From the NCBI GenBank assembly GCA_963748215.1, contig CAVVHS010000002.1, positions 160,001 through 224,000 of the forward strand: a stretch of DNA of 64,000 nucleotides, read 5' to 3'. The notes below the pieces were generated by a model. The model ran no database searches. It was not told the origin of the DNA and saw only the letters and a program-made list of their open reading frames with translations. The stretch comes from an uncultured Gammaproteobacteria bacterium. GTDB lineage: Bacteria; Pseudomonadota; Gammaproteobacteria; UBA9214. Below are positions 1 to 8,871 of the stretch, in pieces. The stretch's first letter is position 1. Each line of letters opens with the position of its first letter. A program made the translations under genes and the position numbers.

Positions 1-247
1 CGTGCCGGGCTTCGAGAAGGTTGCCACCGGGCTGATGAAGAAGACTTTCAAGAACAAGGGTGTCGCCACCGTCGAGGAACTGCGCGGCCTGTGCCTCGAG
101 GCCGATGTGAAAATGGTTGCCTGCCAGATGACGGTCGACGTGTTCGGCTTCAACTCCAGCGACTTCATCCCGGAGGTCACCGACTACGTCGGCGCCACTT
201 CCTTCCTGCCCGTCGCGCAAAAATCCGACGTCTGCCTGTTTATCTGA
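1..247 (+). CDS. DsrE2-like (DsrE/DsrF/DrsH family) sulfur-relay protein, 5'-truncated by window
   Basis: C-terminal half MKKTFKNKGVATVEELRGLCLEADVKMVACQMTVDVFG...VGATSFLP...CLFI matches the DsrE2 pattern (ACQMT motif). Confidence 0.8.
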   Translation, partial: VPGFEKVATGLMKKTFKNKGVATVEELRGLCLEADVKMVACQMTVDVFGFNSSDFIPEVTDYVGATSFLPVAQKSDVCLFI

Positions 248-301
248 CAGCGAACGGCGTGAGCTATGGCGAAGGGGATGCGCTGCCGGACCGGTGGCGC
301 A

Positions 302-1069
302 TCAGGCGGCGCGATCGAGACGCACCGAATCGGGCAGCGTAATCTCCATCTCCACGGGCAGGTGGTCGGACAGTGAAAAATTCAACGCCCCGACACGATC
401 CACCTGCAACGTGGGGGTCACCAGGATGTGATCGATGTTGTGCTGTGGTCGCCAGCTGGGGAAGGTGTCCATACCGTGAAACGGCTCGCGCATCAGCGTG
501 CGGTTGATCAGGTATTCCATCTCGGCACTGTCTGACTGGCAGTTCATGTCACCCATCAGGATCACGTGCCGGTACTCGTTGACGATTTCGCTGATGTAAT
601 CGAACTGCATCATGCGCGTGCGCCGGCCAAGCGCGAGATGCAGGATCAGCACCACCAGCGACTCCTGCTGCGTACCGTAGCGGATAAACATCACGCCGCG
701 CCCCGGGATCCTGCCCGGCAGGCGGTGTTCAACGATCTCGGCAGGGTGATAGCGGCTCAGCAGGCCCGTGCTGTGTCGTGCCAGCCGGCCGATGCGCCGG
801 TTGGTCTGGTCGTACCAGAACGGCATGCCCGATTTTTCACTCAGGTATTCGGTCAGGTTGATATAGCCGCTGCGGATGCTGCCGGCATCGAGCTCCTGCA
901 GACCGACAATGTCATAGCCCCGGACCAGTTGTGCAATCCGGTCCAGATTGTGAAAACGCTGCGCGTGGGGCAACACGTGTTTCCAGCTGTGCGTGAAGTA
1001 ATGCCGGTAGCGGTGCGTACGTATGCCCGCCTGAACGTTGTAACTCAACAGGCGGATTTTTTGTCCCAT
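302..1069 (-). CDS. Endonuclease/exonuclease/phosphatase (EEP) family protein
   Basis: SYNVQ, GLQE, GDMN, TFP, IDHI and SDHLP motifs. Start uncertain (1069 or 1138). Confidence 0.88.
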   Translation of the reverse strand: MGQKIRLLSYNVQAGIRTHRYRHYFTHSWKHVLPHAQRFHNLDRIAQLVRGYDIVGLQELDAGSIRSGYINLTEYLSEKSGMPFWYDQTNRRIGRLARHSTGLLSRYHPAEIVEHRLPGRIPGRGVMFIRYGTQQESLVVLILHLALGRRTRMMQFDYISEIVNEYRHVILMGDMNCQSDSAEMEYLINRTLMREPFHGMDTFPSWRPQHNIDHILVTPTLQVDRVGALNFSLSDHLPVEMEITLPDSVRLDRAA

Positions 1070-1125
1070 TTCAGCATCCAGATCGAATGATGTCCCGATT
1101 GCGGCCCTTTCCTGCCGGGGTGTTA

Positions 1126-2757
1126 TCAGGTCGGACATACCAGGGATCCCAATTGCTCCGTGAGTTTGACATTCTCCCGGTAATCGACCGGGCAATCAAT
1201 GATGCTTACCGTGTCGTTGGCAAGCGCTTCCTGCAGTATGTTCGGCAACTCTTCCGTCCTCTGAACCCGGTACCCCTTCGCACCGAAGGCCTCGGCATAT
1301 TTTACGAAATCCGGGTTGCCGAAGTGTACATTAGATATTCGCTTGAACTGGTTCATCTGCTTCCATTCGATCAGGCCGTAGCTGCTGTCGTTCCAGATCA
1401 GGATCACGATCGGCAGGCGGTTGCGGATCGCCGTCTCGATTTCCTGGGAATTCATCATGAAACCGGCATCGCCGGTCACTGCGACGATATTGCGTTCAGG
1501 ATACGCCAGCTTGGCGGCGATAGCACCGGGTACCGCGATCCCCATGCTGGCGAAGCCGTTGGAAATGATGCAGGTGTTCGGATACTCGCAGCGGAACATG
1601 CGCGCCATCCACATCTTGTGGGCACCGACATCGCACACCACGATGTCCTCCAGCTTCAGCGCAGTGCGCAGGTCCCAGATGATCTTCTGCGGCTTGACCG
1701 GAAAATCAATATCGTCGCGGTGCTGGTTCATCTCTTCAACCAGGCGTTCGCGCAGGGGACGGATGTGGGCACCTTCATGGGGTCTTGCACGGTCGGCAAT
1801 GCGCTGCAGGCTGTGCCCGATATTGCCGGTCACGCCGACCCTGACCGGGTAGTGCGCATCGACCTCGGCCGGGGCGTTGTCGATATGGATGATGCTGCGG
1901 TCGCGCGACGGATGCCACAGGTAGGGATGGTACTCGACCAGGTCATAGCCGACGCAGATCACCAGGTCGGCGCGATCGAAGCCGCAGCTGATGTAGTCAT
2001 TGGCCTGCAGTCCGGCACTGCCCAGCGCACAGGGATGGCGGAACGGGATCACCCCCTTGGCCATGAAGGTGTTGGCGACGGGGATGTTCAGCCGCTCGGC
2101 GAACTCGGCGAGCTGGTGCCAGGCCCGCGCACGCACCACGCCGTTGCCGGCCAGGATGATCGGATTTTGCGCGGCACTGATCAGGGTCGCGGCCTGCTCG
2201 ACCTTTTCGGCCGGCGGCTCCGCCTCCGGCGACCGGCTGACCGGCAGCGGCGCGGCATCGATCTCCATCCCGGCGATATTTTCCGGGAACTCGATAAAGG
2301 TCGCGCCCTGTTTGGGTGTGAGCGCCACCTTGAAGGCCTTGCGCACCACCTCGGGAATGATGTCGGGCTCGAGCAGGCTGGCGGTATATTTGGTTACCGG
2401 CTCGAAGATGCGGGTCAGGTCCAGCACCTGGTGCGACTCCTTGTGCAGGCGCGTGGTAGCGGCCTGCCCGGCGATCGCCACCAGCGGGGCATGGTCCATG
2501 TTGGCATCGGCCACGCCGGTCAGCAGGTTGGTGGCGCCGGGGCCGAGCGTGGCCAGGCAGACGCCGGCCTGTTCGGTCAGGCGTCCGTAGACATCGGCCA
2601 TGAAGGCCGCGCCCTGTTCGTGGCGCACGGTGATGAACCGGATGGAGGAGTCCAGCAGGGCATCCATCACGTCGAGGTTTTCCTCGCCGGGAATACCGAA
2701 AACGAATTTAACTCCCTCGTTTTCCAGGCAGCGGACGAACAGCTCGGCGGCTTTCAT
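1126..2757 (-). CDS. Acetolactate synthase large subunit-like TPP enzyme
   Basis: FGIPGEE, RHEQGAAFMA, GPGATN and TPP-binding GDAGF...WND motifs. Confidence 0.9.
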   Translation of the reverse strand: MKAAELFVRCLENEGVKFVFGIPGEENLDVMDALLDSSIRFITVRHEQGAAFMADVYGRLTEQAGVCLATLGPGATNLLTGVADANMDHAPLVAIAGQAATTRLHKESHQVLDLTRIFEPVTKYTASLLEPDIIPEVVRKAFKVALTPKQGATFIEFPENIAGMEIDAAPLPVSRSPEAEPPAEKVEQAATLISAAQNPIILAGNGVVRARAWHQLAEFAERLNIPVANTFMAKGVIPFRHPCALGSAGLQANDYISCGFDRADLVICVGYDLVEYHPYLWHPSRDRSIIHIDNAPAEVDAHYPVRVGVTGNIGHSLQRIADRARPHEGAHIRPLRERLVEEMNQHRDDIDFPVKPQKIIWDLRTALKLEDIVVCDVGAHKMWMARMFRCEYPNTCIISNGFASMGIAVPGAIAAKLAYPERNIVAVTGDAGFMMNSQEIETAIRNRLPIVILIWNDSSYGLIEWKQMNQFKRISNVHFGNPDFVKYAEAFGAKGYRVQRTEELPNILQEALANDTVSIIDCPVDYRENVKLTEQLGSLVCPT

Positions 2758-2793
2758 GCCGTCATGCGCCACGCACCAGCCGGCACTTGCCTG

Positions 2794-3462
2794 TCACTGC
2801 GGTGCGGCACTTGCGGTTGCGGGCTCGGCAGTCGCCAGCCTTTCCAGCTCCACCAGGTAATCAACCACGGCCATGACACCCTCGTTGCCGTTTGTCACCA
2901 TGCTCGGGCCGGTGCTGTACTTGCCGTTGACGATCAGCGTGGGTACGCCGGTAATGGCATAGCGGCGCGTCATCAAGCGCGCATTGTTAACCTTGACGGC
3001 AACGGCGAAAGAATTGAAAGTCTTGTTGAAATCCGCGGCCGATACACCCTGCTGCATGAAAAAGGCACGCAGTATGTCTTCATTCTTGATCTTGTTGTTC
3101 TGCTCGTGGATCGAATCGAACAGTGCGCGGTGGGTCTTGTCCAGCACGCCCAGCAGCTCGGCGGTGTAATAGCCCTTCGCCAGCAATTCCCAGCCGCCGC
3201 CCAGGATAGCGGGCATACGCACGAACTCAACATCGTCCGGCTTGGATTTAAGCCAGTTCTCCATGAACGGTTCCAGGTGATAGCAGTGCGGGCAGCCATA
3301 CCAGAACAGTTCGACCACCTCGATCCTGTCGCTGCTGGACGTGGGCTGGGGATTGGCCAGCTTCGTGTATTCCTTGCCTTCCACAAAGTTCTCGGCCGCG
3401 CACGCGCTCAGCGCATAGAACGGGATGAGCAGGATAATCAAGCAACGGGACAGGATCTTCAT
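2794..3462 (-). CDS. dsbA: Thiol:disulfide interchange protein DsbA
   Basis: Signal peptide, FWYGCPHC active site, GVPTLIVNGKY cis-Pro loop; syntenic with cytochrome c4 and engB. Confidence 0.93.
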   Translation of the reverse strand: MKILSRCLIILLIPFYALSACAAENFVEGKEYTKLANPQPTSSSDRIEVVELFWYGCPHCYHLEPFMENWLKSKPDDVEFVRMPAILGGGWELLAKGYYTAELLGVLDKTHRALFDSIHEQNNKIKNEDILRAFFMQQGVSAADFNKTFNSFAVAVKVNNARLMTRRYAITGVPTLIVNGKYSTGPSMVTNGNEGVMAVVDYLVELERLATAEPATASAAPQ

Positions 3463-3826
3463 ACCACCAACTCCTTATATTAAATTGTTTGCGACATTAC
3501 CGTGGTTCAGGGGCCACCGACAACTCGCCGCCGAAATGCAGCCCGCACAGTAATATACTAACGCCGGACACGGCGAAAAGGGTGACGGACGCTGCCCGGC
3601 ATGGCGCAGCACTCGGCGCCGGCGAATACCGCCCACGGCTGGCTGTAAACCGCTGGCACTGGCGATGTCCCTGGCGAGTACTCCCTGCTGTGACAGAACG
3701 TCATGCGAGGAAAAAGACAACGCTGGCTGCAATCAGTTCCGCCTGGCGTCTAGCGCCGGGCATGCCGCTGCGCGGGGATTCCGCAGCAACAGGCAGCAGA
3801 ATCCCCGGGGAAGGCTGGAATTTCGG

Positions 3827-4447
3827 TCAGTGCAGTCCCTGGATGTAGTTGGCGACCGCGCGCATTTCCTTGTTGGTCATGCGCGATGCCAGGATCTGCA
3901 TCATTTTCTTGGCATTCTCGTTGACGCGTCTGCCCTCGGCAAAGCCGTGCAGCTGGTTTTCGGTATACTGGGCGTGCTGGCCGCGCAGCGCCGGGTACAG
4001 GGCGGCCGGGTTGCCGGCGCCATCCGGACCGTGGCAGCCCATGCAGGCCGCAACGCCGCTGACCGGGTTGCCGGCACGGTAAATGCGCTGGCCCAGCGCG
4101 AAAAATTCGGGATCGGAATCATCGGCAGCACCGATCTTGGCCTTCTGGCTGGCATAGTAAGCCGCCACATCCTCGCGGCCCTGCGCGTCCAGCACGGAGG
4201 CCATCGGCTTCATGGTCACGTTCTCGCGTTCACCGGCCTCGAAGTACGACAGCTGCTTGACCAGGTAGTCCGCATGCTGTCCGGCCAGCTTCGGCCATTC
4301 CGGGTTGATGCTGTTGCCGTCCACACCGTGGCAGGCCGCGCATTGGGAAGACTTTTCCTTGCCCGCGACCGGATCGCCCGCGGCGTGGGCCGCCTGCCAT
4401 CCACAGCTAGCAAGCAAAGTGATTGTAACTGCAAGCCAATTCTTCAT
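3827..4447 (-). CDS. Dihaem cytochrome c4
   Basis: Signal peptide, two CxxCH motifs (CAACH, CMGCH), PKLAGQ and PALRGQ motifs. Confidence 0.93.
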   Translation of the reverse strand: MKNWLAVTITLLASCGWQAAHAAGDPVAGKEKSSQCAACHGVDGNSINPEWPKLAGQHADYLVKQLSYFEAGERENVTMKPMASVLDAQGREDVAAYYASQKAKIGAADDSDPEFFALGQRIYRAGNPVSGVAACMGCHGPDGAGNPAALYPALRGQHAQYTENQLHGFAEGRRVNENAKKMMQILASRMTNKEMRAVANYIQGLH

Positions 4448-4541
4448 TTCAATCCTGCTCCTGTATGCTCCTGCGGTATGCGTGCAGGCACTGCGCCGGC
4501 CGAGTATATGCTGTCCCGGGTCGCGGCCGAAAAGGGCTCCT

Positions 4542-4570
4542 TTTATACCCGCCAGCGCCCGGCGGGTCAA
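4542..4570 (-). promoter_or_regulatory. Putative sigma70 promoter for cytochrome c4
   Basis: TTGACC-N17-TATAAA on the minus strand. Confidence 0.6.
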
Positions 4571-4664
4571 CCGCAAGATAGTGGTACCCGGCAGCTAAGC
4601 GGATAAAAACAAAGACACTTTCCATATGCATTCAAGTCACGTCTAATGCGCCCGGGACACTATT

Positions 4665-5288
4665 ATGAACAACCGTTATCAACAGACACACTTCCTGCTC
4701 GGGGCACCGGATGTCCAACGCGCGCCGCCGGACACCGGGGCCGAGGTCGCCTTCGCCGGGCGCTCCAATGCCGGTAAATCCAGCGCGCTCAATACCCTGA
4801 CCGGGCAGCGCGCCCTGGCACGCATCAGTAAGGCACCCGGGCGCACCCGCGAAATCAATTTTTTCCAGGTCGCGGACGACCGGCGACTCGTCGACCTGCC
4901 CGGCTACGGTTACGCGAAGGTCGCGCGCTCCGTCAAGGAACAATGGCAGCAGGGCATCGCCCGCTACCTGGAAACGCGAGAATCCCTGTGTGGCGTCGTG
5001 CTGCTGATGGATGTCCGTCACCCGCTCAAGGACAGTGACCGCCAGGTGCTGGGCTGGTGCCACATGGCCGGACTGCCTACCCACGTCCTGCTCACCAAGG
5101 CCGACAAGCTCAAGCGCGGGCCAGCCCAGTCCACGCTGCTGCAGGTGCGCCGGCAACTGGAATCGCTGCACCCGCAGGCCTCGTTGCAGCTGTTCTCCTC
5201 GCACAGCCGCACCGGCTGCGAGGATCTCAGGGCGTTGCTGGACCGCTGGCTCGGATTCGAGCAGGACGAACAGGATCAGCAGACGTGA
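4665..5288 (+). CDS. engB: Ribosome biogenesis GTPase EngB/YihA
   Basis: GRSNAGKSS, PGRT, DLPGYG and TKADK motifs. Confidence 0.95.
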   Translation: MNNRYQQTHFLLGAPDVQRAPPDTGAEVAFAGRSNAGKSSALNTLTGQRALARISKAPGRTREINFFQVADDRRLVDLPGYGYAKVARSVKEQWQQGIARYLETRESLCGVVLLMDVRHPLKDSDRQVLGWCHMAGLPTHVLLTKADKLKRGPAQSTLLQVRRQLESLHPQASLQLFSSHSRTGCEDLRALLDRWLGFEQDEQDQQT

Positions 5289-5622
5289 GACGTGAAGAGA
5301 AGTGAAGAATGACCACGGAAATATAAATGCAGGACATTTTTTGTAGGGGCGCATCTCATGCGCGATATAAATGGCCACGGAACCACACGGAAGAACACGG
5401 AAAAAAGACAGGGTGTAGGGTGCACTCTGTGCACCATTACGTGAGACGTGAGACGTGAAGGAATTGAAGAATGGCCACGGAATCCACGCAAGACCACGGA
5501 AATATAATGCAGGACGTTTTTTGTAGGAGCGCATCTCATGCGCGATATAAATGGCCACGGAACCACACGGAAAAAAGACAGGGTATAGGGTGTACTCTGT
5601 GCACCATTACGTGAGACGTGAG
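5281..5622. repeat. Tandem duplication (~170-180 bp x2) built from GTAG-type REP hairpins plus 7-mer and ~9-mer short repeats
   Basis: Each unit has (ACGTGAG)n, CCACGGAA-type repeats, GTAGGRGCGCATCTCATGCGCGA and GTAGGGTGCACTCTGTGCACC (second copy slightly degenerate). Confidence 0.9.
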
Positions 5623-5690
5623 TGTAAATACCTGCACTGAACCGGCGTCAAGCTTTTCGTTTCACCTTTCACGCTTCACGATTTCAGTAT

Positions 5691-5730
5691 AAAAAAAGCC
5701 CGGCAGAACGGGGGAGGTTCGCCGGGCTTT
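5691..5730 (-). terminator. Intrinsic terminator of the putative sRNA
   Basis: AAAGCCCGGCGAAC-loop-GTTCTGCCGGGC followed by T7 on the minus strand. Confidence 0.85.
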
Positions 5731-5803
5731 CGAATGGCCGATCCTTGCGGATCGGTTGGAGGATTCGTCGCCCAGGGAGGGGAGCGAGCAGTACGCCTCC
5801 GTG
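5691..5803 (-). ncRNA. Putative three-hairpin sRNA downstream of polA
   Basis: Sigma-E-like promoter, three stems (loops CCCUCCCU, GCAA, CUCCCCC) and a terminal U7 tract; no credible ORF. Confidence 0.7.
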
Positions 5804-5808
5804 CTAGG

Positions 5809-5836
5809 TGTGACTCGACTCGTTGAAAAAAGTTCC
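5809..5836 (-). promoter_or_regulatory. Sigma-E (RpoE/AlgU)-type promoter
   Basis: GGAACTT (5836-5830) - 16 nt - TCACA (5813-5809); consensus is GGAACTT-N16-TCaaA. Confidence 0.7.
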
Positions 5837-6000
5837 GGGTCGGGAGACAAAATGGCAGTGGCGCGGCGGTGTTCCTGGGCAAGGCCTGCGCGATCCGGGG
5901 GAAATCAGTAAATTTGCCGTACTATAAATTTAGTCAATTCTCTATAATAATAGATTATTGTTTGTTATTGAATAAGTTATTATCTGGCCGAGGGGCTGCA

Positions 6001-8721
6001 CTAGTGCGCCTCGTCCCAGTTGCTGCCCACCCCGATGTCCACCAGCAGCGGCACCTTGAGATCGGCAGCGGCGCTCATTCGGCTACGGATCTGCTCCCTG
6101 ACCGCGTCGAGTTCATGCGTGGCGACCTCGAACACCAGCTCGTCGTGCACCTGCATGATCATGCGCAGGCCGGTGTCGCCCCGGGTGATGATCCAGCCAT
6201 GCAGATCGATCATGGCACGCTTGATGATGTCCGCTGCCGTACCCTGCATGGGTGCATTGATCGCCGTCCGCTCCGCCGCCGCCCGGCGTGCCCCGTTGCG
6301 CGATTTGATATCCGGCAGGTGCAGGCGCCGGCCGAACACCGTTTCCACGTAGCCCAGCGCGCGGGCCTGTTCGCGCGTGCTTTCCATGTACACCCTTACC
6401 CCCGGATAGCGCTCGAAGTAGCGCTCGATGTACTCCTGTGCCGCGCCGCGCGCGATACCCAGCTGCCGCGCCAGGCCGAACGCGGACATGCCGTAGATCA
6501 GCCCGAAGTTGATGGCCTTGGCGGACCGGCGCTGGTCGCTGCTGACCGTCTCCGGCGCGACCCCGAACACCTCGGCCGCCGTCGCACGGTGCACGTCCTC
6601 ACCGGCCGAGAAGGCGGCCAGCAGGCCCGGGTCCGAGGACAGGTGTGCCATGATGCGCAGCTCGATCTGGGAATAGTCGGCCGCCAGCAGCACGCAACCC
6701 TCGCCCGCCACGAAGGCCTGGCGAATACGCCGGCCCTCCTCGGTGCGCACCGGGATGTTCTGCAGGTTGGGATCGGACGATGACAGCCGGCCGGTCGCGG
6801 CCACGGCCTGGTGGTAGGAGGTATGCACCCGGCCGGTGGCCGGACAGACCTGCTCGGGCAGGCGGTCGGTGTAGGTGGACTTGAGCTTGCTCAGCGAACG
6901 ATACTCCAGGATCAGGCGCGGCAGCGGATAGTCGAGCGCCAGTTCGGCAAGCACGGACTCGGCCGTGGACGGGACCCCCGTCGGGGTCTTGGCCAGCACC
7001 GGCAGCTGCAGCTTCTCGAACAGCAATTCCTGGATCTGCTTGGGGGAGCTGAGATTGAAGGGCTGGCCGGCCTCCCGGTATGCCTCCTGCTCGATGTCCA
7101 CGATCCGTTTTGCCAGCTGGTGGCTATGCTGCGCCAGCATGCCGGTATCGATGGCCACCCCGGTCTGCTCCATGTCGGAGAGCACCGTCACCAGCGGGAT
7201 CTCGATGTCGCGGTAGATCGTCTCCAGGCCCGGCTCACGCGCCAGTTGCGGCCACATCGCCGCGTGCAGACGCAACGTGATATCGGCGTCCTCGGCCGCA
7301 TAGGGGGCCGCGGTCTCGAGCGGGATTTCGTTGAAGGTGAGCTGGTTCTTGCCCTTGCCGGCGACCTCTTCGAACTTGATGGTGGTGTGCGCGAGGTACT
7401 TCAGCGCCACCGAATCCATATCGTGGCGGGTCGCGGTGCTGTCCAGCACGTAGGATTCCAGCATGGTGTCGTAGCCGATCCCGTCCAGCTTTATATCATG
7501 ATTTGCCAGTACGTTACGATCGTATTTAATGTGATGACCAATTTTCTTTATTTCTCTACTTTCCAGCAAAGGTCGCAGTTTTTCCAGCACCGCGTCACGC
7601 TCGAGCTGCACCGGCGCACCCGGGTAGTCGTGCGCCAGCGGCACGTAGGCCGCCTCGCCTGCCGTCACTGCGAACGAGACGCCGACGATGCGCGCGGCCA
7701 TGTAATCCAGGCTGGTGGTCTCGGTGTCGAAGGCGAACTCGCCGGCCGCCTCGAGCACGTCCAGCCAGGCCGTGAGCCGCGCCTCATCGAGTACGGTTTC
7801 ATAGGCCGGTTCGACCGCAGGCCCGCGGGCCGCCCCGGCCGACGGCACGGCCGCACCCTCCTCCAGCTCCTCCAGCCAGCGCTTGAAATCGAGCGCCTGA
7901 TACAGCTCACGCAGGCGCCCGGCATCCGGCGGCTGGCGCTGCAGGGCCTCGGGGCCGGTGTCGAGTTCCAGGTCACAGCGGATGGTGGCCAGCTCGCGCG
8001 ACAACGGCAGCTGCTCCAGCGCGGCGCGCAGCTTGTCGCCGATCTTGCCCTTGATCTCGCCGGCATGCTCGATCACGCTGTCCAGCGAGCCCCAGGCGGT
8101 GAGCCATTTGGCCGCGGTCTTCGGACCCACGCCGGGTACACCCGGGATGTTGTCCGAGGTGTCGCCGATCAGGGCGAGGTAATCGACGATCTGCCCTGGC
8201 GTCACGCCGAACTTCTCCTGCACGCCGTCGGCATCCAGCGTGGTACCGCTCATGGTGTTCACCAGGGTGACATGCTCGTCGACCAGCTGGGCCATGTCCT
8301 TGTCGCCGGTGGAAATGACCGTGTCCAGGCCGTGCGCGGTAGCCGTCGCGGCAAGCGTGCCGATCACATCGTCCGCCTCGACCCCCTCGACCTGCAGCAG
8401 CGGCAGCCCCAGGGCCCGGATCAGCTCCAGCAGCGGCCCGACCTGGGACGACAGCTCGTCCGGCATCGGCGGCCGGTGGGCCTTGTACTGCGCATACAGG
8501 TCGTGGCGGAAGGTCTTGCCTTTTGCGTCGAACACCACGGCGATGTGCTGCGGGGTGTACTCCGTCAGCAGGCTGCGCAGCATGTTCACCACCCCGTAGA
8601 CCGCCCCGGTCGGTTCACCGCGGGCGTTGGTCAGCTGTTGCAGGTTGGGTACATGGAAGGCCCGGTACAGGTAGGAAGAGCCATCGACCAGCAGCAGGGG
8701 TCCGGAATTGTTGGCAGCCAT
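6001..8721 (-). CDS. polA: DNA polymerase I
   Basis: 5'-3' exonuclease (LVDGSSYLYRAFH), 3'-5' exonuclease (FDTETT), polymerase motifs DYSQIELR, KAINFGLIYG and QVHDEL. Confidence 0.98.
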   Translation of the reverse strand: MAANNSGPLLLVDGSSYLYRAFHVPNLQQLTNARGEPTGAVYGVVNMLRSLLTEYTPQHIAVVFDAKGKTFRHDLYAQYKAHRPPMPDELSSQVGPLLELIRALGLPLLQVEGVEADDVIGTLAATATAHGLDTVISTGDKDMAQLVDEHVTLVNTMSGTTLDADGVQEKFGVTPGQIVDYLALIGDTSDNIPGVPGVGPKTAAKWLTAWGSLDSVIEHAGEIKGKIGDKLRAALEQLPLSRELATIRCDLELDTGPEALQRQPPDAGRLRELYQALDFKRWLEELEEGAAVPSAGAARGPAVEPAYETVLDEARLTAWLDVLEAAGEFAFDTETTSLDYMAARIVGVSFAVTAGEAAYVPLAHDYPGAPVQLERDAVLEKLRPLLESREIKKIGHHIKYDRNVLANHDIKLDGIGYDTMLESYVLDSTATRHDMDSVALKYLAHTTIKFEEVAGKGKNQLTFNEIPLETAAPYAAEDADITLRLHAAMWPQLAREPGLETIYRDIEIPLVTVLSDMEQTGVAIDTGMLAQHSHQLAKRIVDIEQEAYREAGQPFNLSSPKQIQELLFEKLQLPVLAKTPTGVPSTAESVLAELALDYPLPRLILEYRSLSKLKSTYTDRLPEQVCPATGRVHTSYHQAVAATGRLSSSDPNLQNIPVRTEEGRRIRQAFVAGEGCVLLAADYSQIELRIMAHLSSDPGLLAAFSAGEDVHRATAAEVFGVAPETVSSDQRRSAKAINFGLIYGMSAFGLARQLGIARGAAQEYIERYFERYPGVRVYMESTREQARALGYVETVFGRRLHLPDIKSRNGARRAAAERTAINAPMQGTAADIIKRAMIDLHGWIITRGDTGLRMIMQVHDELVFEVATHELDAVREQIRSRMSAAADLKVPLLVDIGVGSNWDEAH

Positions 8722-8871
8722 GGGTTCGGGATCGTCTAGTGGCGTCAGTGGTGCGTCCAGCGAAAATGCAAGCCAAAACAACCGGCCGCAGCCGGCATGG
8801 TATCATTTATCATTCCCATCAACCCGGGCTTTCAGCAGCCGCAGCCCGATAGAAACAGGCCAGACTGCCAT

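Noticed and set aside
1087-3483. 798-aa plus-strand ORF, and similar long ORFs at 6811-8739, 14934-16577, 35095-36738, 45700-47637 and 57910-59622
   Set aside because: Antisense shadows of well-recognised genes, expected in high-GC DNA; no recognisable motifs.
4632-5566. Minus-strand ORFs crossing the repeat region (4632-5558, 5276-5566)
   Set aside because: Their repeated peptide content simply mirrors the DNA duplication, and the longer one is antisense to engB.
5281-5622. CRISPR array
   Set aside because: Only two long near-identical units with no unique spacers, and no cas genes in the window.
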